A DNA stretch of 64,000 nucleotides from Lama guanicoe (Eukaryota). Of this stretch, positions 53,418 through 64,000 are shown piece after piece; the stretch's first letter is position 1; each line of letters opens with the position of its first letter. The translations under genes and the position numbers were made by a program. Location of the stretch: NCBI GenBank assembly GCA_013239625.1, contig MU054212.1, positions 372,001 to 436,000 on the forward strand, in the 5' to 3' direction. A model generated the notes under the pieces. It saw nothing but the letters and a program-made list of their open reading frames with translations. It had not been told where the DNA came from and made no database searches.

Positions 53418-54590
53418 TACCTTTGTATATCCTCTTTTTGTTTACAATGAAAAGATCACAAGAAATTCATTGTCAGATGCCTTCCTGAGAGCTAGATAAA
53501 CAATATCTATATTGTTAGAAGAGCTATAACTACTTCATTAAATTTAAATTATGTTTTAACTGGAAGTGTAAGTTCTTTAGAGGAGTACAAAAGCCTGAAT
53601 ATTAAAAACTTTTTTATAGACTCATTAAGGGAGACCTACAGGTTTTTGGAAAAAAAGACAACTAAAAGTAGTTTGACAGGAATTTAAGGGGATGCTCTCA
53701 GGCTCTTAGAAAGAAAAAGATGACCAGTGTGCATAAATAACCAAAAGCTGTGGCATAAACTTTTAACTTTTCTCAGAAAATCAGAGTGCGACCTAATGCT
53801 TTAAAGAAGAAACTTGGTTAACAAGTTTGAAAGTTGTTTTTTTCCCCCTTTTTCTTTAATGACAAAGGAGGACAAAGCCCGCACTTGTTTACTTAGTTTA
53901 GCCACCTCTAGTTAGAGCTAGTTTTTGGTATTTTTTTTTTCTCCTTTTCCTTTTGTGATCACAGCCACTTCTAGATTGACTCTGCCAGGACTCATGACTC
54001 ATTCATGTTTCAGGTTGAATTTTTATGACTAATAGGCAGGTAGTCTGTGACGTGATTAGTTACAGCAAGGTCAGGTAGATTTCATGCTCCATTAATTTGT
54101 AAGGGTTTCTCATATGACTTTAGCTTACTTTGTTTTTTCCAGATTAAGATGGTAGAATTGTAGGTAGAGAGTAAAAATTAGGTATTAGCTCTAAAGATTT
54201 CCCTCAGTATAGAACATAGGATTATAGACCATAGATAATACTGAAATTATTCAGGAAATTAAGATATAAATCTGTGTTAGAATAAATTAATCTTTGTATT
54301 TTAATTTTTAAAAAATCTCTGTTGGTCATAATTTATTAAAAAAAAGTCATTCTTTGTTTGGAAATACATAGTATTACAAATTGATACAAGTACATTAGGA
54401 CAGACTGATAAAAATTAGTGGCAAATAGGATCCGTAATGGTTTGACATGGAAAAGTCAATTAAGTTAAAGTGAAATAACTTTATTTTACTTAATAACCAC
54501 AATTCAGTTCAAACCCAGTCTTTAAGTGCCTTCAGTCCTGAATTGAATCAGCACAAATTTATTTTTCTAGTGGAATTTGAGAATCTCATA

Positions 54591-55185
54591 TTCATTCATT
54601 CAACAAGTATTTATTGAGCATGTACCAAGTATGCACTGTTGTAGACACCTGTGATGTGGCAGTGAACCAAAAAAGATCTTTATCCTCTTAGAGCTTATAT
54701 TCTGGCAGGTGAGCAGTAAACAAACCAATGTTAGAAAACAATAAATGCCATAGATAAAGTAACAGCAGAGTAACAAGTAACAGAGTACTAGGGTGTGGGA
54801 AGGGGGCTGCAGTTTTAAATAGCATGTTCAAAGCTAGCATTGATGAGAAATAGAACTCCAGCAAACACCTAAAGGAGATGGGATAATTAGCCATGCAGTA
54901 TCTGGGGATGAGCATTCCAAGCAGATGAAACAGCTAGAACAAAAAACCCAAAGTAGGAGTATGCCTGGTATTTTTGAGGAGCCTCGAGGAAGCAAGGGTG
55001 GCTGGAGTGGAATATAATATGAAAGTGGTGCAGAGAGGTCATAGGAGAAGGGGGACAGTCATATCACACAGGACCTTGTGAATCACTGAAAGGACTTTGG
55101 CTTGTGTTTTCAGTGAAGAGGGGAAATGTGGCAAGTTTTAATCAGAAGAGTGACATATTAGGACTGTTCTGACTGATGTGTTAAC
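54591..55185 (-). mobile_element. L2 LINE 3' fragment
   Basis: Starts ttcattcattcaacaagtatttattgagca, the reverse complement of the L2 tail. Confidence 0.85.
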
Positions 55186-55780
55186 GGTTGATCTTAACGG
55201 TTTCTCAGCTCTATAGTAGGGATAACACATTGAGTACTTAACAGTATTGTCCTGGGAGTCTGGCTGCCAGGACTTAGATCCTGGTTCTGTTACTGTTGTA
55301 GTAAATGACTTAACTTCTGTATCTTTATTTTCTATTTTTAAAATGAGGGTAATAATAAGTAATAAGAGAATTATACTCTGTACTCTTATTATATATTCTC
55401 AATGAGTTTAATAATTAATAAGTAATAAGTAATAGTAATAATGAGGAGTAATGCTCTGCTTCATGCAGTTCCAGCTTCCTTCTCTGACACATGTACACAG
55501 TACTGCCTGCCTGTACTCAAACTTGGAGGATCCTCTGCTGATTTTCTCTGCCATTTGAAATCCCTATAATTTTACCTAAGGTACCACAAACTACACTTGC
55601 TACTTTACTTCTCACAATACTGTTCCACACCTGGTACTCTGATCATTTGAGGACTTCTCTAATCCTTATATTTAGACTTGAAACATTAGATGCAAGGAAT
55701 TACCTCTCTTACAGCTTCATACCTCTATTCTGCCATGGTTCCTTAGTATATGATAGATGTTTTAATAAATATTTGTTTAA

Positions 55781-56005
<225 letters not shown>

Positions 56006-57909
56006 TAGTTCTGTTTGAAAAAAAGAAAGGTATTTGTCTGTTGTTAGGAATATAGTCATTGTTCAGGTAACTTATGTTACAGCTGTAAGTTTAACTTCCA
56101 TTAGTGCAGTGTCTGGGAGAGCATTTTCTGCCTGTATTATGTATAGATATGCATTGTTCATCTTAATATGTAAGAGCGAAGCATTTTACAAATGTAGTGA
56201 ATAGTTTTTTCCTTTTTTTTATTTGAAAAATAATCCTATGTGTATATACCTGAACGGGATAGAAGGAAAGAGGAAAGTAAACCTAAGTTCCACCTACTGT
56301 GTGCCAGTTATTATGCTGAGTGATTTGAATACATTATTACTATATTTTAATTCTCATGACAGGTTTGTGAGGTAGCTGTTAGCACCTTCATTTTATAGAT
56401 GAAGAAAGATTTGCTCTTTAAAGGGGTTAAATAATCTGTCAAGTAAGCAGATGACATAGATCTTCCTGGCTCTAAACTTTTGTATTTTCCAAGTCTTACC
56501 CGCAGCTACTCCCACCAGTAGCTGTAACTAGCTACTTTTATTTGTTATAATATGTGGCAGTTGGTAGTAAATCAAGAAGTGGCTTTATAACGTATCTACT
56601 TTGTGGTTTATCAGTGGCATATTTCTAATTCCAGGCCCAGTTTACCATTTCTGCTAAATGCTTTGGAACTACCTTTTCATTATAGTCCTGAAATTTATCC
56701 TGTGACATGATACAGTGCTGGGTTTTTTTTTAACTTTTTTTCGTTACTTTTAATATTGATCTAAAAATAAGCAGTAAAGACTTTCATCTTTAACCTTAAC
56801 TGTTTGTAACAAGGAAAGCATTGAGGGGAAGGGGTATACATAGTTGTAGAGATATTTTTATAATGCAGATAAGTTGCTAACAGTAGCTATACCTTAAAAA
56901 AAAATAGTAAATCCTAATCTTTGATATGAAAAAACTGACAGTTTTTCTCTATTTTATATGGGCTTGCATCACCATCTAGTGGAAAACAAAAGAACTGTTT
57001 AAAACAACCTTAAATATAATTAGCAAAAAAACTATAAGATCATCAATCTGGAATGAACATTTGTGGGCCTTTTAGTCTGCTGTCAGACAGGACATGAATC
57101 ACTACAGATGAGCATCAGCATAATTTAGATCATGTTTAAATCCATCGGAAAGAATATCTAGGAAAACAAATCTTAGCAATTTTCTCTTTATTAGGGAAGC
57201 TGTCTTTTGTACCTAGTAAAAATGCTTTTGGCTTATTTATTTATTGTATAAGAATAACCTGTAACTATTTAAAACTTAATTTGTCAGTTTTAATCTTGTT
57301 CTGCTCATTTTTACTTGGAATCTGACATTTCGGTTTTAAAATACAAGATCGCTTTTGAGCCATGCAAATTATTTTAAAACTAATTTAATGACTAATTATT
57401 CCTTTTCTCTTTCTAATCATCCATGCTTGTTTATTTTAAAATTTATAGTACTTTTTAATGATATTTTCTACTTATAATTAGTAAAAGTCTGTTTCCATTT
57501 ACTTTGGTCCTTCTCTTGGTTTTCTTTGAACTAAACCCTTCAATAGTGGAATGATTTCTGATAAAGCATGTTTCAGATTTCCTACCAGAAAATAAAAACT
57601 AAACAAAGATTGAAAAGCTCTGTGATGCAGTATTCGTTTCAGATGGACCTACTGATTTGCAGCAATACACAAGGAAAAGATACATTAAAATATTACAACC
57701 CTACAAGGCTTAGGTCAGAAGCAGCTTACCTGTTCTGGTCTTCTCTCTCCCACTATCTTAACTTCCATCCAGCTTTGTTTCTTAGTGAAACTAAAGGAAT
57801 AAACCTTTTATGAGAATATTAAAATTATGTCAATAAAATGCGCTTCTAATGCATTTAAAGATAGGTTTGTATTGGGTTATCTATTTTCTTCATGATTGTT
57901 TATATATAA

Positions 57910-58062
<153 letters not shown>

Positions 58063-58289
58063 TAAGTTTAAAATTTGAGGTTATTGGTGGGCAAGAACAG
58101 CCAACTGTCTGAATTGGATAGTATTTTAAAATATTTTTCATATAATTTTGTTTGCATTACTTGTTGTTTAGCAGTCTCTTTCATATTGGAAAGTAATGTT
58201 ATCTTATTATTAATTCATATTTTTATCCCTATCCATGTTAATCAAGTCTAGCTAATAATTTTAAGTAAATAAGACTTTACTGTGCTTTG

Positions 58290-58980
58290 CTCATTCATTC
58301 AACAAATAATTGAGTGCCCACTGTATACCAGACACTAAACAAGACAAAACCTTTAACCTCCTAGAGCTTACAATCTGGTTGAGGGAGAAAGAAAATAAAC
58401 AAAGAAATGTTAGGTGAAGCAGGGGCTCTGAGGAAAAATAAAGCAGGGTGAGAAGAGATATTAGAGAGCCTCACTTTAAAACTGACATTTGAGCAGATTC
58501 TAAAGGAAGCAAGTGAGTCTTGTGGATATCTGGGGGGAAGCCATCCCAGGTGGAGAAGTCAGTGAACACAAAGGCCTTAAGGTGAAGGTGCTTTTGGTTT
58601 TGTTTGAAGAACACTAAGGAACACTTGTGTGGCTGGGGCAGAGTAAGTGAAGGGCAAGTGTGTTCTTTAGAGTTGCTGTTTGCTAAGAAGAAAGAGACTG
58701 TGAGCAGCAGGTTTGCAGGGTGGGGGTGAGATTAGCAGTGGTTAGAAATCTGGAGTTTGGTTTTGAGACTCTTGTGTTTCAGATGTTGGATAGACATTCA
58801 GATAAAGATTTTGGATGGGTAGGTGGGTATGATTGTAGAGAAGTCTAGGAGAGAGATGTGAATGAAAGTTGTCAGCATGTAGGTGGTATCTGAAGCTGTG
58901 AGACTGGATGAGATTACCAAGCAAGTGAGTGAATATGGGGATGAAAAGAAGTTTAAATACTCAGCCCTCAGACACTCCAT
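58290..58980 (-). mobile_element. L2 LINE 3' fragment
   Basis: Starts ctcattcattcaacaaataattgagtgcc. Minus peptide LIQSHSFRYHLHADN is a decayed RT YADD motif. Confidence 0.85.
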
Positions 58981-59139
58981 TATGTCAGGGAGTGAGCCTC
59001 AACAATTTTTTATTGGTCTGTGCTCAATAACTCCTTTCTGTCAACTCCCATTTACTCCAAAAAGAGAAAGAAAGGGGTGCAGGGGAAATGAGGAAGGAGA
59101 CGGAAGAAGAGGGGTAAAGGAAATACATTCTCACGCTCT

Positions 59140-60417
59140 CTTCTCTTTCTCATACATTGAAACTGCTCTGGGAAAAGTCATCAGTGACCTGGTTGTTAAA
59201 TCTAGTGAGTGCTTCCCAGTCCTTACCTTACTTGACCTTTCTGTGACGTTTGACATCGAGTACTCTCTCAGAGTGGTGCCACTCTCCTGATTGTCTTGCT
59301 TCTTACTGTTCCTTTTTCACCTTCATTTGTTGGCTAGTCTTTCTCCAGCTGTCTTTTAAATGTTACTGCCCCCAGTATATATGATCCTTGGCCTGTTCTC
59401 TGATTTTTTTCTTTCTGGAGGAATCTTCAGTTAGAGTAAGTATTCTGCTGTCACCTATATGATAATAAATTCCAAATCTATTTCTCTGAGACTTTTCTTC
59501 TGGATTCCAAACAGCCAGTGTATGTGTCTGCTGTTGAACATCTGTACCTGGGTATCCTTCCACTTCAGCATGTCTAAAGTTGAAACTTTCCTGTCAAACC
59601 TACTCATCCTTTTATTTACAGTTTCAGTGAATGACACTTTACATACCTCTGAGTTACCTAAATCAGAAAACTTTGAGTCACCCTAGACTCCTGCTTCTTC
59701 AACTCACATAGCTAAATAGTCACCAGATCTCATCCATTGCACCTCCTACATGTCTGTCGTACACACTCTTCTGCACCCCCTTTGTACTAGTTTTGGCCAT
59801 CGGCATCTCTCATGTAATCTGATTAATCCCTTTGCCTATTAGTGACGGCTGTTTGTTGTCAGCCTGTCTGAATTACCATTTTAGCCCAAATATTGCATCT
59901 GTTTTCCATTAAAAACCCTTAGATATCTCTTCATTGCCTACAGGATAAATTTTAAGTTCTTCAGCATAATCTGATCCCTCATCACCTGTCTGGGCTCATG
60001 TGCTACTACTGTTACATATTTTACACTTTGATTTCCAGCAGTTGGACCACATGTTGTTCCCTGAACATGTAACTTTGTTTCACATATCGGACCCTTACAC
60101 ATGGCTAGAATCCTTCTCTCTGCCCCCAGCCCAGTTAAATTCCTTTTCCTCTCAAGGATCAGCTTAGGCCTCACTTGGTAAGCTTTCCTTGGTTTCTCAA
60201 GGCAGATTTGAGAGTCTTTCCTCTGTGCTTAAATCACCTCTTTTATGTACCTTTAATGTTTATCACATTTTATCACAATTCTCTTTTTACCTTTCTTGGT
60301 TCAACTAGAGCAGCCCATAAGCTCCTTAAAGACAAGAACTCTTTCTTTTCGTATAGTGCCTAGCACAGTGCCTGCAACGTAACATGTGCTCCATAAGTGC
60401 TTGTTGACTTACTGAAA
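59140..60417 (+). mobile_element. L2 LINE RT-to-3' fragment
   Basis: Peptide ETALGKVISDL...VLTLLDLSVTFD (CR1/L2 RT motif). Ends tagtgcctagcacagtgcctg...ataagtgcttgttga. Confidence 0.85.
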
Positions 60418-60874
60418 CTGTATGCATAAAACTTTATAAAATATTTGAACACAGGTGATTTCCAAATAAATATGTTAGCTTAAAACTTGAAATGGTGCAG
60501 TGCTGAAACTCTGCCACAAAATACGTTTTCATGAAAGGTACTATATAAATGTGGTTTGATATTCATGCTGTATCTTATGTCACAAGAAATACATTTAATT
60601 ATATAATTTTTATGATTTTTCGCCCAGTGGCAATAAGAAAAACAATCTACCTGTTGCATTCAGTTCATTTAGGAAAAATAGAAAACCTAGCTGAAAAAGA
60701 TATTTGCAACTTACTGCCATTTACAGTAGATATTTTTGACTTTTTACACAGTTTTAAAATTTTTTCTGTGCCATCTTGTAAAGTGGTCCTTTGATCCTTT
60801 TTCTTTCCTTTTTTTGTATTTTTCATACATCTATTTTCTGTAATTGTATAATTGATTGTTTTTTTTTAACTTAG

Positions 60875-60960
60875 AAACACATGGAACAAGCAGTTACCCT
60901 GCTGACAATTTAGCTACAGTTGTTGCTGAAACACTTGGACTTAGCCTTCAAGAAGAATCT
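60875..60960 (+). CDS. RBBP8: RBBP8 exon 9
   Basis: aacttag| (K)THGTSSYPADNLATVVAETLGLSLQEES |gtaagt. 86 nt. Confidence 0.96.
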
Positions 60961-61692
60961 GTAAGTAGTTTTTTAGTTTGGTGATAATATGAATTAGTGT
61001 CTTTGTAGGTCAGTTTTTAGAGAATTGAGGGAGAAATTATTTTATCCAAAGATTATTGGATAAAGGCTTAGAACAAAATTCATGTGGCTAGAAAAGCCTG
61101 TTTCTATTATCCACCCCATGTCATTCCAGAAATCCTGAGTCTTCAGAATTCTTGGGATAAAGGTTGTGAGTTGAGTCAAAATTTAGAGAAGTAATGATGG
61201 CTTAGAGGATTTGACTAACCCTCTTCCCTGCCCCTTCTCTCTTCCACACCCTCTTCCAACTAGGGGAAGACTTTAAGAGAAGACTTGTTGATTTCAGAAT
61301 TTATGGGATCTTTTCAACACCCTTTAAACCAGAGTTTGATTTGGAAAACAGGCTGAATTCTTGGGTCTACTACAGATGCTTTGATTCTTTGCGCCAATCC
61401 AGTTAGACTAAATTCTTAGGGATTGAGATAGAAATTGACCCCATGATTTTCTTTTCATTATTTTAGTGCTTCCTTACATCAGGCACATTTACTTTTTTCC
61501 CTAACTGATCCCTAAAAAATGGAAAACTTGTGTTCTTCAACCTTAAGAAAATTTCAATTTGATACAACATTAAAATAGTATTCTTTTGCTTTAGTCAGTA
61601 AATGTGTGTATGCTCTTATAAAATTGCCTTGCTGTTGAATTCCTAAAAATTGAATTGGTTTTTTTACTATGTTTGGATTTTCTTTTTCTTAT

Positions 61693-61730
<38 letters not shown>

Positions 61731-61865
61731 TCTGTCTTCAAGTGATAGTGGGTAGTTTTTAATTTTGAGCTTTAAATGTGTTTTAATGGTTTCTAGTTCC
61801 CTCTTACCCTTAAACCTGGCACGTCAGTAGTTCAGGCACCAAATATGTTAAGGAAACTGATCTCT

Positions 61866-62017
61866 AATGACTTGCTGCTCAAAGTGCTCAAGTCAGCAGC
61901 ATCTGCATCCCTGGAAGTTTGTTAAGAGATAGAGAATCTCAAACCCAACCCCAGAACTTCTATTTTCAGCAAGATCCACAGTTGATTTGTGTGCATGTTA
62001 AAGTTTAGGAAGCACTG
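61866..62017. mobile_element. MER5A-like hAT fragment
   Basis: ctcaaagtg...cagcagcatctgcatccctgg...catgttaaagtttaggaagcactg. Confidence 0.75.
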
Positions 62018-62111
62018 TTCTTTAAAGGGTCCTTTTAAGTTTATCTCCTTTAAGTATGAAAATATAATCATCTCTGTTCCCTTTCTTTCATCTAAATAAT
62101 GTTTTTTGGAA

Positions 62112-62306
62112 TTGGCAGCCACCAGTCTGCTTTCTGTCCTTACAGATTTACCTATTCTGAATAATTTATATAAACAGTATCATATATGTGGGGTTTGAGT
62201 TTGGCTTCTTTCACTTAGGCTATTTTTGAGGTTCATCCACATCATAGCATATATCAGTATTCCATTCTTCCTTAAGAATAAATAATCTTCCATTGTATTT
62301 ATGTAC
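62112..62306 (-). mobile_element. Old L1 3' UTR fragment abutting the exon 10 acceptor
   Basis: ggcagccaccagtctgctttctgtc...tggcttctttcacttag...ttgaggttcatccacatcatagcat...ttccattgtatttatgtac. Confidence 0.82.
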
Positions 62307-62311
62307 TTTAA

Positions 62312-62440
<129 letters not shown>

Positions 62441-63077
62441 TAATTTGGGGCATTTTGGTAAAAACTTATAAACTGTCAGTGAGATTCTGTTACAGTAAGT
62501 TCCATATATTTGAACTGTTTCTCTCCCACGGCTTGTTACTCTGGTTGTATTAGTTTTTATTTAAAAGGCTGTTTCCCCCAGTTTATGACCAGTTGAGGGC
62601 TTTTGGCTTTATTGGAGAGAGATGGGTATTATCTTCAGGTTCTTTCTGTACTTCTAGCAAGCAGTACTTGAGAGGTCGCAGCCTTGTTACTCTGCCCCTT
62701 TAAAGATCCAGTCATGCCTTCGAGGTTTGCATTTTCAAAAGCTGGATGTTGTATCAGATCCACTGTAAGCTTGAATGAGCCTCCAAGCTTGTGTCATGTC
62801 TTGTTTTTACTAATTTCAGAATATCCATTAACTGACAATACCTACATTTATGTAGCATTTTGCTTTTTAAAAGAGCTTTCAGTATTAGATACATATATCA
62901 TATTTAATTTGTCATCATAGTAACTCATTAAAATGGGTTTTATTACCCCCATTTTTTACAGCTGACAAAACTGTAGCATCACAGAGGTTAAATGTCTTTT
63001 TAAGGCCACACAACTATTAAGTATTAGAGCCAGAGCTCTTACCCATTCTGTGTCTTCAAACTTAACTCTAAGGCTTT

Positions 63078-63667
63078 CTTTTTTTTTTTTTAATTGAAGT
63101 ACAGTTAGTTACAGTATGTCAATTTCTGGTGTACAGCATAATGTCCCAGTCATGCATATATATACATATATTTGTTTTCATGTTTTTTCATGAAAGGTTG
63201 CTACAAGATATTGAATATAGTTCCCTGTGCTATATAGAAGAAATTTGTTTTTATCTATTTTTATATATAGTGGTTAACATTTGCAAATCTCAAACTCCCA
63301 AATTTATCCCTTCCCACCCCCTATCCCCTGGTAACCATGGATTGTTTACTATTTCAAGTCTATTTCTGTTTTGTAGTTGAGTTCATTAGTGTCCTCCTTT
63401 TTTTCTTTTTCTTTTTTCTTTTTTTAGATGCCACATATGAGTGATATCACGTGGTATTTTTCTTTCTCTTTCTGGCTTACTGCACTTAGAATGATGATCT
63501 CCAGGTCCATCCATGTTGCTGCAAATGGCATTATTTTTAATGGCTGAGTAATATTCCATTGTATAAATATACCACAACTTCTTTATCCAGTCATCTGTCG
63601 ATGGGCATATAGGTTGTTTGCATGTCTTGGCTATTGTGTATAGTGCTGCTATGAACATGGGGTGCAT
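63078..63667 (-). mobile_element. Lineage-specific L1 3' end
   Basis: Minus peptide MHPMFIAALYTIAKTCKQPICPSTDDWIKKLWYIYTMEYYSAIK, with a poly-T lead. Confidence 0.93.
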
Positions 63668-64000
63668 ATTCTAATGTTCTTTCTACTACCACATCCTTTT
63701 CCTCTGCTAAAGGCAGCCTGGGTCTTAAGTTATGTTCAGTTTTCTAGGGTAAGAATTTTGTTTCTTGCAGTTAACTCAAGATAAGATTTCATAACAACAG
63801 AATTTGGGTCCCCAGTGGGATTTATTAAAGTATGATTCTCTTATATAGTGATTTTATTTAAGTTACTTAGAAAAAATATATATAGATGGAATATCATGGT
63901 ATTGAGATAAGTTTGCTGTATCATTTTCCTGCTTTTTTGTCAGCCAAATAAAGAGAAACCTGCAGTTATACTGTGTCTTAAACTTTGGTTAATGGTCTGC

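Noticed and set aside
55350..55460. TAA-rich block with short direct and inverted repeats
   Set aside because: Low-complexity expansion at the edge of a MIR; no sign of function.
58883..59290. 135-aa ORF with an RT-like motif
   Set aside because: Spans two fossil L2 elements; only a short decayed RT motif.
58290..60417. Oppositely oriented L2 pair as a possible dsRNA hairpin
   Set aside because: The copies look too diverged by eye to pair extensively.

Overview
Mammalian genomic DNA, most likely camelid (alpaca/camel), judged from the Vic-type tRNA-derived SINEs. The window holds about 21 kb of upstream sequence, a CpG-island promoter (~21.0-21.9 kb) and the 5' half of RBBP8 (CtIP) on the + strand. 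Nine coding exons (24237-62439, 905 nt, ~301 codons) all have GT-AG junctions and splice in frame; the gene continues past the window. The rest is intronic or intergenic repeat (L1, L2, MIR, Vic SINEs, MER/Tigger DNA transposons, LTR fragments), a ~97-bp RPL32 retrocopy remnant and one 244-N gap. Nearly all ORFs in the supplied track are spurious or repeat-derived. I see no evidence of a new multi-gene system. The best leads are: (i) substitution of CtIP motifs held to be functional in human (LxCxE to LESEE; N289/H290 to D/N; two central CDK sites lost); (ii) a start-stop uORF; (iii) L1 remnants abutting two splice acceptors; (iv) a TSD-L1-TSD-L1-TSD perfect tandem; (v) inverted L1 pairs and small templated-duplication scars. 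Human comparisons and repeat family names come from recalled sequences and need checking by alignment.
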